Part shown: piece after piece, positions 1 through 10,755 of the stretch
Layout of the letters: every line of letters begins with the position of its first letter
How positions within the stretch are numbered: the stretch's first letter is position 1
Origin: an uncultured Pseudomonadales bacterium
Lineage (GTDB): Bacteria; Patescibacteriota; Microgenomatia; UBA1400; UBA12028
NCBI GenBank assembly: GCA_964509365.1
Contig: CAZDWN010000003.1
Span: forward strand, 218,917 to 282,916
Length of the DNA: 64,000 nucleotides
Reading direction: 5' to 3'
Notes under the pieces: generated by a model
Database searches by the model: none
Told to the model about the DNA's origin: nothing
What the model saw: only the letters and a program-made list of their open reading frames with translations
Position numbers and translations under genes: made by a program

Positions 1-2
1 TG

Positions 3-839
3 TACCACCGAGATTGGTATTATGGATCTATTGTCATCAAGCAATGGGCATCGCATTTTTCACCAGAATTTTTGTTTATCAGAGGTGATGGGAACTACCG
101 CCACGGAGGGTGGAGAGGACTATTGTATTCGGTCGAAGGCGTATTCATTTGCATTACTGTATATCTCTTGATTCTTCAGTCACTACAAAAAATTTTCAAC
201 TTTCAACTTTCAATTTTCAAAAATACATACACTCCAAGCTACAAGCTGGCGGCTGTCTTTATGTGGATTGGGTTGGCTGCGGTCGCTCCTGCGCTCGTCA
301 CGCCGGCGCCTCACGCCCTTCGAGATCTCTTTGCAGCTCCCGCGTATTCGCTGCTTGTTGCCGTGGGGATAGTATCACTGCTGCGAATCGTGCCGAAGCG
401 AGCGAGACTTGTAGTCAGTCTAGTGATCGTCATGTGCTATCTCTACTTGGGAAGTTCCTTCTACAGTCAGTATTTGACTGTGTACCCAGTCAAAGCGCAA
501 AACGATTGGCAGTATGGATATCAAGAACTCTACACCAAACTGGCTTCGCTCAAAAACCCCCAAGAACAAGTCTATGTTAGTAGAGTCTTCGGTCGACCAT
601 CCATGTATTATTTGTTTTACTCAAACTACGATCCGAGTTCATTGCAATTGATCGAGCCATCATTGCCAAAAGACCAACTCGAACTGCTTCAGGTGGATGA
701 CTATCATTTTGTCGATGGAATACCCGGTGAGCCCGGTCTCTACGCGGTCAAGGCAGGCATTCCTGTTGTCGGCGGGAAAATAATTGGAAATGTCGACGGC
801 CTCGATGGCCTGAGCATCTGGACTATATGGAGAAAATAA
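3..839 (+). CDS. 5'-truncated membrane glycosyltransferase (GT-C fold, ArnT/PMT-like), C-terminal portion only
   Basis: Frame 3 is open from window base 3 (YHRDWYYGSIVIKQW...) to the TAA at 837-839, so the gene runs off the window edge. The ORF-track start at 72 is an internal TTG. The C-terminal region (WQYGYQELYTKLASLKNPQEQVYVSRVFGRPSMYYLFYSNYDPSS) parallels the C-terminal domains of the GT-C paralogs at 2260-3975 and 46185-47594. Confidence 0.5.
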   Translation, partial: YHRDWYYGSIVIKQWASHFSPEFLFIRGDGNYRHGGWRGLLYSVEGVFICITVYLLILQSLQKIFNFQLSIFKNTYTPSYKLAAVFMWIGLAAVAPALVTPAPHALRDLFAAPAYSLLVAVGIVSLLRIVPKRARLVVSLVIVMCYLYLGSSFYSQYLTVYPVKAQNDWQYGYQELYTKLASLKNPQEQVYVSRVFGRPSMYYLFYSNYDPSSLQLIEPSLPKDQLELLQVDDYHFVDGIPGEPGLYAVKAGIPVVGGKIIGNVDGLDGLSIWTIWRK

Positions 840-1393
840 TTGCAGGTGAGAACTATACAGACGATGTATTTGATGGACAAGACCTCCGAAGCTGTGATCT
901 GAGTGAATGCACGTTTGTGCACTGTAGCTTTATCGGTTGTGACTTCACCGATGTGAAAGCAAACGCATCGAAATTTCAGGATTGCACACTCGAGAATGCG
1001 AAGATCGCAGGACTAAATCTGTTTGATGCGACATTCTCAGGATGCAAATTGTCAGGAATTGATTTTTCAAATAAGACGAAGTTGCTTGCAACGAGTTTTG
1101 ATACCAGTTTGCTCGATTATGCAAACTTTACTGGCGTCGATTTGTCCTCACTTCGTTTTGATCGATGTTCATTCATCGAAACAAACTTTTCAAAGTCGAA
1201 CGTGCAGAAAACCGTGTTTGAGAATTGTCTCATTCAAGATGCGATTTTTTCGGGAGCGCGTTTTGAGATGACTGATCTTCATACCTCCACTTTGTCGGGC
1301 GTAAATATCTATGAAGACAAATTGAAAGGTATCATCCTTTCAAAATCACAATTCCTTTCGTTAGCTGCAGATGTAGGTGTTACTATTGTTTAA
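827..1393 (+). CDS. pentapeptide-repeat protein
   Basis: Runs of A(D/N)LxG-type pentapeptides (CDFTDVKANASKFQDCTLENAKIAGLNLFDATFSGCKLSGIDFS; ANFTGVDLSSLRFDRCSFIETNFSKSNV). ATG at 827 overlaps the upstream stop by 13 bp. Confidence 0.7.
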   Translation: MEKIIAGENYTDDVFDGQDLRSCDLSECTFVHCSFIGCDFTDVKANASKFQDCTLENAKIAGLNLFDATFSGCKLSGIDFSNKTKLLATSFDTSLLDYANFTGVDLSSLRFDRCSFIETNFSKSNVQKTVFENCLIQDAIFSGARFEMTDLHTSTLSGVNIYEDKLKGIILSKSQFLSLAADVGVTIV

Positions 1394-1411
1394 GTAATTA
1401 TGGACAAAGAC

Positions 1412-2263
1412 ATGAAACTTACGGTCATCATCGCGACACACAACGAAGAAGCCAATATTGGCGCCTGCATCGATGCGGTGAAATCGATCGCTGATGAAAT
1501 TCTCGTCGCCGACGGCGAAAGCACTGACAAAACAGCCGAGATCGCTAAAGCAGAAGGTGCTGTCGTCCTCCCGATGACGAATAAGCGAATGTTTCATTTC
1601 AATAAAGAGGAAGCCCGTGAGCACGCGCAAGGAGAGTGGACCTTATTCCTCGACGCTGATGAAATCATCACCCCTGAACTTTCAACAGAAATACAGACAG
1701 TGATAAATGGCGTACATCAAGAAATTGATGTGAGTCAGCACAAATTGTTTCGGGCACACATAAAAAATATCGAGATGCGTGATCATGTGTCATTTGATCA
1801 AAATCCACCACTTAATGGATATTTCATTGCGAGGAAGAATTTCTTTTTAGGAGAATACTTGATGCATTCTGGTGTCTATCCCGACGGTGTCATTCGCCTG
1901 GTGCGAAATGGAAAAGCATATTGGCCGTGCAAAGACGTTCACGAGACAATGATTGTCGATGGAGGAGTGAGTTGGCTGACTGAGCCAATGATCCACAACG
2001 CCGATCCGACGTTTGCTCGATATCTTGAACGTGCAAATCGATACACGAGCTTGACCGCCGATGGCTTTGAGCACTCCACGATGCAGGTGTCTTTTGCCAA
2101 TACGTTCAAGTACATGGTGTGGATGCCGTCGAAAATATTTTTGGTACTGTTTTTTCGACACAAAGGATTTTTGGATGGCTTTAGTGGATTTGTGTGGAGT
2201 TTGATGAGCGGACTTCACTTTCCTATGGCATACCTTAAATTTGTCCAGCGCAAACGAACCTAG
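1412..2263 (+). CDS. family 2 glycosyltransferase (GT-A fold)
   Basis: N-terminus MKLTVIIATHNEEANIGACIDAVKSIADEILVADGESTDKT and a DADE motif (FLDADEI). It is a paralog of the minus-strand GT2 at 30646-31533, which starts MKNPSTLSVIIHTKNEEQNI. An alternative ATG lies at 1400. Confidence 0.75.
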   Translation: MKLTVIIATHNEEANIGACIDAVKSIADEILVADGESTDKTAEIAKAEGAVVLPMTNKRMFHFNKEEAREHAQGEWTLFLDADEIITPELSTEIQTVINGVHQEIDVSQHKLFRAHIKNIEMRDHVSFDQNPPLNGYFIARKNFFLGEYLMHSGVYPDGVIRLVRNGKAYWPCKDVHETMIVDGGVSWLTEPMIHNADPTFARYLERANRYTSLTADGFEHSTMQVSFANTFKYMVWMPSKIFLVLFFRHKGFLDGFSGFVWSLMSGLHFPMAYLKFVQRKRT

Positions 2264-3975
2264 ACATTTTTCTTCTTTTTGTCTCGTTGTGAGATCGCCG
2301 GCGCGACTGAGTCAAGCGGCTGCACGAGAATAAACGAGCCAGTATTGTCCCCACGCAAAATTTGACCAACTTTTTTTAGCCCGTATGAAGTGACACAATT
2401 TTCTCGATTGACCAGCAGCGAGTCTTTCGTGAGCGCTATTCCGGCTGTGTCGCTCGCGCAATTACTGGCTGTAAAGTTCAAATTGTCGACGTGATCAAGA
2501 CTTATGTTGGGACCAAACTGGCCCGCCAGCGCGCTATCAAAGTTATTTGATTCAAACAGATAAAACAATGGCTTGGCATCGTGTGGAAGATACACATGAT
2601 CATACTCGTTGTGATGTTCGACAAGATATTTCGCCAACGTGGTGCGGTCATCCCCGCGATACATCGATTGGACTGCCGTGGTGTGTACCGAAAATTGATG
2701 CCAAAAGTACACAACTTCCACGGTAAGCGTCATTAGCAGCAAGAGTTGAATGCCGTATTTTTTCCATTTGATGTACTCGCAACAGGCGAATGCGTACGTG
2801 ATTGGGAAGATGAGCATGACTCCAACCATGGCAGCTCGATGGACGTTTGGAGTGTCATCAAGAGTGAGAGCCGAAGGAATGGGTGAGACAGCAAGTACAA
2901 ACAGCAAATAGCCAAACAGCTTTCTTCCTTCTTTGGTAAAAATATCATGAGACCTGAATCCGTGATGGAGGACGGCGACGAGAATGGCTACGCCAATCAT
3001 GCCCAAGAACGATATGTACAACAATCCCTGATCCTCCATGATGTATCGATGAGGAAGTCCGCCATCGGTAAACAAGAAGTTGGGAGAAAAGTACGAAAAA
3101 TATTGACGAATGAACTCCCTGGAGACGACGACCAATTTGTTGTGAAAGACACGCGTCGTCAGGATATGCCCGCTTCCTTCTTCGATTTCCATATTAGCAA
3201 TCCGATTGTTGATGGCATTATTAAAATAAAAAATGGAAGTTTGTTTAAATCTGCCACGACCCCACTCTGTGCGGCCGATGGCAAGTGTCGATAGCGAAAA
3301 AATAATCGTCAGCGATAACATCAGGATTCGCCATTTTTTATCTTTTGAAAGAAAAATGGCCGCAAAAAATGCAAGAGGCGTCGTCACGCGAAATGAAGCA
3401 TACAAGAAATACTTCGCTAGTGTGATCATGATGGCAAACGCAAGATCAAGTAATCTTCGGGTACTGTTGAAACGCAGCAAAAAGAACAGTGCTCCGAGCA
3501 GAAAGCACGTCGCCGTCACATTTTCGGCTGTGGCTCGCGAGAGCATAATATGCCAAGGTGAGATGGCGAGGAAAAACGCAGCTGCCAACGCATAGCGTTC
3601 CTTACTAAAAATTCGTTTGGCGACAAAATACATTGGAAACACGGCGAGACTTCCAAAAAACGCAATCGGAAATCGAACTGCAAACGGTGTCACTCCAAAA
3701 AGAAACGTGCCCAGGCCCGAAAGATACATTGGTATGACAGGGGGATAATCGCCAAAATTGTTGAAATACAATACCGGCCAGCGGTTGCCATAGAGATCTT
3801 TCCCATTGAGAAGAATGAATCTGCCGACATACCCGTTCATCATTTCATCTTCATGAAGTCCGTACGGTAATGTGCCTAAGTGATACATTCGCAACACACA
3901 CGCGAGGACAAACACAGACAGCAGGAGCAGGGCAGGACGATACGTTGACATATTTGGCAAAATTGACGATACCAT
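2260..3975 (-). CDS. GT-C membrane glycosyltransferase, ArnT/PMT (GT39/GT83)-like
   Basis: 571 aa, polytopic. First-loop motif LRMYHLGTLPYGLHEDEMMNGYVGRFILLNG has the R..(D/E)E signature of polyprenyl-phosphate-sugar-dependent ArnT/PMT enzymes. Many TM helices, then a soluble C-terminal domain. Confidence 0.7.
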   Translation of the reverse strand: MVSSILPNMSTYRPALLLLSVFVLACVLRMYHLGTLPYGLHEDEMMNGYVGRFILLNGKDLYGNRWPVLYFNNFGDYPPVIPMYLSGLGTFLFGVTPFAVRFPIAFFGSLAVFPMYFVAKRIFSKERYALAAAFFLAISPWHIMLSRATAENVTATCFLLGALFFLLRFNSTRRLLDLAFAIMITLAKYFLYASFRVTTPLAFFAAIFLSKDKKWRILMLSLTIIFSLSTLAIGRTEWGRGRFKQTSIFYFNNAINNRIANMEIEEGSGHILTTRVFHNKLVVVSREFIRQYFSYFSPNFLFTDGGLPHRYIMEDQGLLYISFLGMIGVAILVAVLHHGFRSHDIFTKEGRKLFGYLLFVLAVSPIPSALTLDDTPNVHRAAMVGVMLIFPITYAFACCEYIKWKKYGIQLLLLMTLTVEVVYFWHQFSVHTTAVQSMYRGDDRTTLAKYLVEHHNEYDHVYLPHDAKPLFYLFESNNFDSALAGQFGPNISLDHVDNLNFTASNCASDTAGIALTKDSLLVNRENCVTSYGLKKVGQILRGDNTGSFILVQPLDSVAPAISQRDKKKKNV

Positions 3976-4064
3976 ATTCTCGACACAGTGTCACGGTAAG
4001 GTTGAGCTTTCGTACACCCAGTCATAATTGACTTGGCTTGAGTAGACGATATAGTGTAGGTACG

Positions 4065-5108
4065 ATGAATGTTCTCATTGATACCTCACCACTGCAAAAC
4101 CAAAATGCTGGCCGAGGCGTAGGGAGATACACCAGTGAGTTGCTTGCAGCACTTTTGCGATTGAAGACCTCCCATCACTTCTTTGCATCAACAGAATCAC
4201 CTTCATCATCTATTGATCTGATCCATTATCCATTCTTTGATTTGTTTTTCCATACGTTACCGTTGTTTCAACGTCGAAAGACGATTGTAACGATTCATGA
4301 CGTGACTCCTCTCATCTTTGCGAAGCACTATCCGCCGGGGATCAAAGGAAGACTTCGACACGCGCTTCAAAAGATTTCGTTGGCATCTGTCTCCCACGTG
4401 ATCACGGACTCCGCCATCTCCAAGCGTGACATAGTCGAAAAACTTCATGTGAATGGAGAAAAAGTGAGCGTCGTCCCATTGGCCGCTTCGGTCGATTTCG
4501 AGAAGCAGCCACAGGCGATCATCGATGCAGCCAGGAAAAAATATGAGATCCCAAAGTACTATGTGTTGTATGTGGGAGATATCAATTACAACAAGAATAT
4601 TCCATTTCTTATCTCAGCCATGAGACATGTCCCGAGGATCACCCTAGTGTTGGTGGGAAGGAACATGACAAATACTTCGATCCCAGAAGGTCGAGCCATC
4701 AAAAAAGCCATTGAAAAATCTCGAATTCAAAAACGCATTAAATTAGTGACCACTGTCGATACCTCTTCAATGAGTGATTTATCGGCTCTTTACTCGGGAT
4801 CGATGATGTATATTCAGCCTTCGCTGTATGAGGGATTTGGGCTCCCAGTGCTTGAAGCGATGCAATGCCGAACGCCGGTGGTGAGTTCAATCGGAGGGAG
4901 TCTCCCTGAAGTGTGTGGAGACGCGGCTATGTACTTTCATCCTCACGATGAGGAAGAGTGCGCCAATGCAATCCAAAAGGTATTGAGACTTTCAGATAGG
5001 CAACGACAACAACTCATTTTGAAAGGCGTCGACCAAGCTTCGAAATTCACCTGGGAGCGTACTGCCAGAGAGACACTTGCGGTGTACGAGAAGGTTATGA
5101 GTAAATAG
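4065..5108 (+). CDS. GT4 family glycosyltransferase (GT-B fold)
   Basis: [28 protein letters not shown]-terminus and the C-terminal EX7E-type motif [24 protein letters not shown]. The ORF-track start at 4038 is TTG; the first ATG is at 4065. Confidence 0.8.
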   Translation: MNVLIDTSPLQNQNAGRGVGRYTSELLAALLRLKTSHHFFASTESPSSSIDLIHYPFFDLFFHTLPLFQRRKTIVTIHDVTPLIFAKHYPPGIKGRLRHALQKISLASVSHVITDSAISKRDIVEKLHVNGEKVSVVPLAASVDFEKQPQAIIDAARKKYEIPKYYVLYVGDINYNKNIPFLISAMRHVPRITLVLVGRNMTNTSIPEGRAIKKAIEKSRIQKRIKLVTTVDTSSMSDLSALYSGSMMYIQPSLYEGFGLPVLEAMQCRTPVVSSIGGSLPEVCGDAAMYFHPHDEEECANAIQKVLRLSDRQRQQLILKGVDQASKFTWERTARETLAVYEKVMSK

Positions 5109-5119
5109 CCATACGCAGT

Positions 5120-7141
5120 ATGACATCGATAGTGTTCTATCTCATCACGCAAGTCGGGCTTGCACTAGTTTCGACGCTCATTGGCATTCTTGTCCCAGGG
5201 GCATTGGTGGTGAAGAGGTGGTTCCCAAAAGTATCTGGACTCTTTTCATTGGTGGTATCTCTGTGCACTGGGCTTGCCATGTTTGGTGCGCAAGGATATC
5301 TCTTTGGATGGATGCATGTACGTTTCTTTGGATATGGATATGTGCTCATCGCTCTCGGACTTTTAATTTTGAATTTTGAGGAGCTACTCACAGTTGCAAA
5401 AGTCTGGGCACACTCGATCTCCATCATTCCGAGACTCGTGCTTATCATCATACTTATCGGAGTGTGTATCCAATCACTGCAAATGGTGGGAAATGGGTTG
5501 CCCACGGAACGCGGAATCAATTTCTATCGCACCAATGCCTATGATGGCATCTTCCACATCGGTTTGATCGAAGGGATGAAGACGACCTTTCCGCCACAGG
5601 AACCGAGCACGATCGGGCTCTCAGTCGTAAACTATCATTATTGGTCAGATCTGATCATGGCCGAACAATCTCGACTGTTTTTTGTCAACCTACTTTTCTT
5701 GTTTTTTCAGTGGTATCCGATTGTGATCGCGCTGTGTACCGCGCTCTCCCTTGTTGAGCTCCTGGGTCAGCTGACTGCAAATGAATCAAAGCGGTTTCGG
5801 GTCACTTCGCAATGCGTCGCGTTGCTTGTGCTGTTTCTTGGCTCCGACAGTGGATGGATCTTCCCGCTCGCCATTCACAAACAATTTACTTTTTCCTATC
5901 CTGCAATCGACAATGGACCGACACAATTTCTGAATATGCCTCACGCATTTGGGAAAATGTACTTCTTTGCCATTGGACTACTCTTTCTACTGTGGAGAAA
6001 ATCAAGACAAGTACCTCCGCTGGTATTGGGAATGATTCTCACTGGCATTACTTTTGGGCTGAAAATATATTTCGGTATTTCGTTGTCGTTAGGTTTTTTG
6101 AGTCTATTCATATTTGATTTTTTGCGGGTAGCCATCAGAAATACTTCGCAAATCTCAAAGACTATCCGTGAGCTCACTCCGATGTTTGTCTCAGGCATCA
6201 TCTTCCTCCTAGTGGCGGGAGCGATCTATCTCCCTGTCAACCGTGGAGCTGGCGGATTATCCTGGTATCCGCTTGAATGGTCTCGGCTGTTTGTAAATTC
6301 CGAAAATTTTGATTGGACGGATCTCAATTATCGGATCGCCATCGCCGGGTATCTTCACAACACCATGAAGCTGTACTGGTACAACACGATTCTTGTCGCC
6401 GTCGGTTTGATCTCAATCTATGGGGCGCGAGTGTTTGGGATACTCTACTCAAAGCGAACATATCGTATCCTGCATGCAGATGGTGTCATGTTTTTTGTGG
6501 TCCCGGTGCTTCTCTGTACATGGATAGGTATGACGACACTGCAAGATAGCGGAAGCTTCAATGTATTCAATTTCTTTGCAGTCAGCATGGGAGGGTTGAC
6601 GATCGGTCTCGCATTGTGGGTATCACAATTGGTCGAATGGAATAAAATTGTGGGCATCTCACTCGTGACGATCTTGCTCGCACTTTCGATGCCTCGAACT
6701 CTTTTTGAGACCTTGACGATGATCAGTCGGTATCGCGAGCATACAGATGTCGTCAACGTCACACCTCTACAAAGTAGCGCATTTGCCTTTCTGCGTACCC
6801 TTCCGACTACCAGCGTGGTGGCAACTTCACTAGAAGACCCACTGGAATCAAAAAGCACGTACATACCTGCGCTCTCTGCGCGAAGAGTGTATTTTGCCGG
6901 TAAATACCTCCTCGTCACTCACAATCAACCATATGAAGAGAAAGAGCTCAATTCCAAAGCACTCTTCTCACAATCCTCAATTGAGAGTTTTCAAAGTTCG
7001 GCGACTGCCTTTGGCATTACGCATATTTGGGTTGATCGAAAGTCACTCACTACTCCCGCTGACCGTATGCTTGCGACCTATTCACAAAAAGCAATCTTTG
7101 CGAATGATGATGTCTTGCTTTACGATATAAGAACATTATGA
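5120..7141 (+). CDS. large polytopic membrane protein of unknown function (possible GT-C/polymerase-like)
   Basis: 673 aa, with more than 12 predicted hydrophobic helices throughout. I recognise no soluble catalytic motif. It lies inside the glycosylation operon, with an ATGA stop/start overlap with the next gene at 7138. Confidence 0.45.
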   Translation: MTSIVFYLITQVGLALVSTLIGILVPGALVVKRWFPKVSGLFSLVVSLCTGLAMFGAQGYLFGWMHVRFFGYGYVLIALGLLILNFEELLTVAKVWAHSISIIPRLVLIIILIGVCIQSLQMVGNGLPTERGINFYRTNAYDGIFHIGLIEGMKTTFPPQEPSTIGLSVVNYHYWSDLIMAEQSRLFFVNLLFLFFQWYPIVIALCTALSLVELLGQLTANESKRFRVTSQCVALLVLFLGSDSGWIFPLAIHKQFTFSYPAIDNGPTQFLNMPHAFGKMYFFAIGLLFLLWRKSRQVPPLVLGMILTGITFGLKIYFGISLSLGFLSLFIFDFLRVAIRNTSQISKTIRELTPMFVSGIIFLLVAGAIYLPVNRGAGGLSWYPLEWSRLFVNSENFDWTDLNYRIAIAGYLHNTMKLYWYNTILVAVGLISIYGARVFGILYSKRTYRILHADGVMFFVVPVLLCTWIGMTTLQDSGSFNVFNFFAVSMGGLTIGLALWVSQLVEWNKIVGISLVTILLALSMPRTLFETLTMISRYREHTDVVNVTPLQSSAFAFLRTLPTTSVVATSLEDPLESKSTYIPALSARRVYFAGKYLLVTHNQPYEEKELNSKALFSQSSIESFQSSATAFGITHIWVDRKSLTTPADRMLATYSQKAIFANDDVLLYDIRTL

Positions 7142-8046
7142 AAATTCTTGTAACAGGTGGTGCAGGCTTCTTAGGTGCTCACTTGTGTCGTGAACTTCAC
7201 ACATTGGGACATGAAATTCGAGTGCTAGATCATAATCTGAATCCAGAGTTTGAGACGATCGTTGGAGACGTCTGTGACGCAGATACGGTGAAGCGAGCCT
7301 TGCAAGGTCGGGAATTGGTATTTCACTTGGCTGCTCATATTGAAGCAGGTGAGTCGGTGAAAGAACCATATGAGTATACGAGAAACAATGTCCTTGGTTT
7401 TGTGGTATTGCTTGAGGAGATGCGAAAAGCTGAAGTAAGCAAACTTATTTTTAGTTCGAGTGCAGCAGTGTATGGAGAGCCACAACGGGTCCCAATATTC
7501 GAGGACGATCGAACGATGCCAATTAATCCCTACGGGATGACGAAACTTGCAATGGAGGGACTGGCGTCCTCATATTCGTACGCATTTGGTTTCACCTGCG
7601 TTGCGCTTCGATACTTCAATTTGTACGGCCCAGGCGAAAATCACATTCCAGAGACGCACGCAATTCCACGATTTATTACGCAAATCGCGAAAGGCGAAGA
7701 AGTGACTATGTGGGGAAGCGGAGAGCACCAAAGGGATTTTGTGCACGTCTCGGATATCGTCCAAGCGCATATTCAAGCGATGACACTCCAACCTGGAAAA
7801 TATCACTACTTCAATATTGGAGGGAAAAACGCCACTCGAGTCAGTGAAGTGATCGCCATGCTGGAAAAGCTCGTAGGTAAACAAGCAAATATTACAAAGT
7901 ACCCTCCTCGTCCTGGAGATCCACTCTTACTCTTTGCGGATTCGACGAAAGCAAAACAGCAGCTTGGGTGGGAAGCACAGATTGAGTTGCCGTATGGGCT
8001 GGCACAGACAGTCGAATGGTTCAAGTCTTCTGGCAAAATCGAATGA
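7138..8046 (+). CDS. NAD-dependent sugar-nucleotide epimerase/dehydratase (extended SDR, GalE-like)
   Basis: MKILVTGGAGFLGAHL Rossmann motif and a YxxxK-type region (YGMTKLAMEGL). Confidence 0.75.
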   Translation: MKILVTGGAGFLGAHLCRELHTLGHEIRVLDHNLNPEFETIVGDVCDADTVKRALQGRELVFHLAAHIEAGESVKEPYEYTRNNVLGFVVLLEEMRKAEVSKLIFSSSAAVYGEPQRVPIFEDDRTMPINPYGMTKLAMEGLASSYSYAFGFTCVALRYFNLYGPGENHIPETHAIPRFITQIAKGEEVTMWGSGEHQRDFVHVSDIVQAHIQAMTLQPGKYHYFNIGGKNATRVSEVIAMLEKLVGKQANITKYPPRPGDPLLLFADSTKAKQQLGWEAQIELPYGLAQTVEWFKSSGKIE

Positions 8047-10076
8047 AAAACTTTTTGAGTGTGGCCATCGTGTGTGCAGCAGTGTTGAGTGTGACAGCGC
8101 AGGTGCATGCAACCGGTGAGATCGTCATCAGTTCTCAGGTGCGCGGAAAGGAGTGCTGCGATGTGGGCACTGATAGTGCGTTGGATCTTCAACTACAAAC
8201 GCTTTCTCACCTCCATTTACCTGCGACGTTCGCGCTGCGCTACGACGCACTAGATGATCCACACACTATTGAGGTGCTCAAAAAATCTTCGTTTGAAAAA
8301 GCATCGCTCCTTGAGATCACACCTTCACTCGCCAAAGACGCTGGTGTCTCGTATCGAGGACCAGAGGATCGTTGGTACAAAGCAGGCAATGCGTATTTGA
8401 TTGGGTACGATCAAGATTCGCGCAAGAAAATCATCGATACGTACATGAAAAAATTCTTTTTAGTGTTTGGATCATACCCACAAAGCAGTGTCGCATGGAT
8501 GATCGACAGTTGGTCGCTATCCTATCTTGAAACACACTATCAGTTGCAGGTGCATGAGATCACGAGAGATCAATGGGGGACAGACAGTTACACATTATAT
8601 GGCGGCCCTATCAATGTCCCTTACTATCCTTCCAAAAACTGGCCACTCGTGCCGGCGAGCGATCGGGTACACGCAAGTGGCGTACTGCTCGTCCGACAGA
8701 CGCTGACAGATGCGCTCTACACGTATGGAGATGAGCAAAGTGCTCATACATCACAACCAAATGATTATTTGTTTGGGCAACAAACGACTCAATATTTTGA
8801 ACAATTACTCACAAATGCAATGGATTCGACGTTTCCTGGAGGTTTCGCAGTTTTGGGACTTGAGACGTCAATGGAACCAAAATACCAAAACGAGTTTGCG
8901 AAGCAGCTGCAGATCGTTTCAACTCTTGAGTCGCAGCGCCAAGCAGTCGTAACTACACTTGGCGACCTACGACAAACTCATCAACCAGAGCAGACGATCG
9001 CGACGATGAGCGCTTATGTTTCACCATCGCAAGATGCGTCTCGACATGCATATTGGATCAATGCAAAAACGTATCGAGCTCGATTGATCGCGGACGCACA
9101 CCAAGTCGTCATTTCTGATCTTCGAGTATATTCAGATGCATTGCAGGACCCCTATAGTGCGAGCGCGAGTGCCACGGTGAATGCATACTGGACCGTCCCG
9201 TTTCTTTTTGACGGTTCTCGCTTTCGGACAGAAGCTCCCGTCGATATTTCGCTTCGCGCCAAGAATTTTGTCTCCCGACTGCTTTCAGATCGGAGAGGAG
9301 GGACAGACTTTCACGTCACTGAAAATGATTTCTCTGGTCAAGCGACTGGGCTTTCATTGCCTTTACTTACCGCAAATTCGTCAATCAAATTTGTGTACAC
9401 CTACGAGGCAACCAACGTGCAGTATCACAGTGATCGTGGGATCGTACATCTCAAGTTCACTCCATCATCGATCCAGGTGAGTCTGCCACCAGGTGATTCG
9501 TATAGAAATACCGTACGAAATCCAGAGCTATTGAGGCTATCGAGCAGCAAGCTGCTTTCGCTACAAGAAGATACATCGAATGGAATTACCACGCTCACCC
9601 CCACGCTCGACGCAACTGCGTCGACTGAGACGTTCAATACGTCCTTTCCTTCGCTCTTTCATCCTGAGCAATCACAAGGACCTGCAAGTGGTGGCAAGAG
9701 CTCATTTCTCCTCGCCAATCGTCGTGCAATCGTAGGGAGAAATCCGATCCGATTGGTCATACGACTTGTCGATAGTGCTGGCCTTCCGACGATCAGTCCA
9801 ATCAAACCAGTCGTCCTCCTTACTGACACGACGGTCAAGATCACGATCTTTGAACCTGAGAGTGCTCACGGTGAATATTATATTGATTTAGCCTCGGATC
9901 ATCCAACACAATCGAATGTGATTGTGAGTTTTGGCTCTCTCACTCATGATTTCGGGACGGTGAGCTTCGTCCCAAACTGTACAAAGATGGTGAGTGATTG
10001 CATCAAGCATCCCTACCAACTTAGCGAATTTGTGCTTTCAAAATTTGATGAGATAATCCGCAGACTACGTAACTAG
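8043..10076 (+). CDS. secreted protein of unknown function (signal peptide)
   Basis: MKNFLSVAIVCAAVLSVTAQVHA|TGE is a typical Sec signal peptide. 677 aa, Ser/Thr/Gln-rich, with no recognised catalytic motif. It has an ATGA overlap with the upstream gene; an alternative ATG lies at 8016. Confidence 0.5.
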   Translation: MKNFLSVAIVCAAVLSVTAQVHATGEIVISSQVRGKECCDVGTDSALDLQLQTLSHLHLPATFALRYDALDDPHTIEVLKKSSFEKASLLEITPSLAKDAGVSYRGPEDRWYKAGNAYLIGYDQDSRKKIIDTYMKKFFLVFGSYPQSSVAWMIDSWSLSYLETHYQLQVHEITRDQWGTDSYTLYGGPINVPYYPSKNWPLVPASDRVHASGVLLVRQTLTDALYTYGDEQSAHTSQPNDYLFGQQTTQYFEQLLTNAMDSTFPGGFAVLGLETSMEPKYQNEFAKQLQIVSTLESQRQAVVTTLGDLRQTHQPEQTIATMSAYVSPSQDASRHAYWINAKTYRARLIADAHQVVISDLRVYSDALQDPYSASASATVNAYWTVPFLFDGSRFRTEAPVDISLRAKNFVSRLLSDRRGGTDFHVTENDFSGQATGLSLPLLTANSSIKFVYTYEATNVQYHSDRGIVHLKFTPSSIQVSLPPGDSYRNTVRNPELLRLSSSKLLSLQEDTSNGITTLTPTLDATASTETFNTSFPSLFHPEQSQGPASGGKSSFLLANRRAIVGRNPIRLVIRLVDSAGLPTISPIKPVVLLTDTTVKITIFEPESAHGEYYIDLASDHPTQSNVIVSFGSLTHDFGTVSFVPNCTKMVSDCIKHPYQLSEFVLSKFDEIIRRLRN

Positions 10077-10085
10077 AGAGTCTGT

Positions 10086-10742
10086 ATGCGGGTCGCTATC
10101 GTCATTCCAGGTCACAATGAAGCAAAGTATATTGCGAGAGTTCTCAAAAAGACTCGCAAGTATAGTCAGCTCATCATTTACGTCGACGACGGCTCGACAG
10201 ACTCGTCACTTACGATTGCAAAACGATATACCCCTCATACGCTTCATCACTCCATCAATTTGGGAAAAGGTGCTGCAATGAAAACGGGAGCAGAGTATGC
10301 ATTTGGGACGTTAGGAGCAGCAGCTGTAATTTTTATGGATGCTGATGATCAGCACGATCCAGCTGAAATTCCTCATTTTGAGAGCAAGCTTCGAAAAGCT
10401 GATGTCGTCTTTGGAGTAAGAGGTATCGGGACGAGTATGCCGATGGTCAGATATTTGGGAAATAAGTTCGCATCAGTGATGCTGAATGTACTGTTTGGAG
10501 GATATGTCGAAGATATTCCTTCTGGATATAAGGCGATCAAGAAAAGTGCGTACGCTCATGTCCGCTGGAAAAGTGTCGGATACGAGGTGGAGACTGAGAT
10601 CGCTGCGAGGGTACTCAAAAATCATGTGAGATTTTCGTCTGTGCCGATAGAAGTCGTCTATCACGACAACGACAAAGGGATGACAATTCTCGATGCTTTC
10701 CACATTGCAACCTGTCTAGTACAGTGGCGTGTGGGACTATAG
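10086..10742 (+). CDS. GT2 polyprenyl-phosphate sugar synthase-like (Dpm1/GtrB/ArnC family)
   Basis: VAIVIPGHNEAKYI ... YVDDGSTDSS ... NLGKGAAMKTG ... FMDADDQHDP ... VVFGVR match the Dpm1-like GT2 motif series. Confidence 0.7.
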   Translation: MRVAIVIPGHNEAKYIARVLKKTRKYSQLIIYVDDGSTDSSLTIAKRYTPHTLHHSINLGKGAAMKTGAEYAFGTLGAAAVIFMDADDQHDPAEIPHFESKLRKADVVFGVRGIGTSMPMVRYLGNKFASVMLNVLFGGYVEDIPSGYKAIKKSAYAHVRWKSVGYEVETEIAARVLKNHVRFSSVPIEVVYHDNDKGMTILDAFHIATCLVQWRVGL

Positions 10743-10755
10743 TAGAATACAGTGT

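Noticed and set aside
72-839. Treating the first ORF as a complete 255-aa gene starting at 72
   Set aside because: The frame is open back to base 3 with no stop and 72 is a TTG. The gene is truncated by the window edge.
3987-3997. Palindrome GACACaGTGTC in the divergent region between 2260-3975 and the GT4 gene
   Set aside because: Too short to distinguish from chance.
6445-6918. 157-aa antisense ORF inside the 5120-7141 membrane protein gene. Similar shadow ORFs occur at 17503-17976, 31107-31490, 35053-35454 and 42644-43021.
   Set aside because: They lie entirely within longer, motif-supported genes on the opposite strand. They have no motifs and biased, low-complexity composition. They are antisense shadows.
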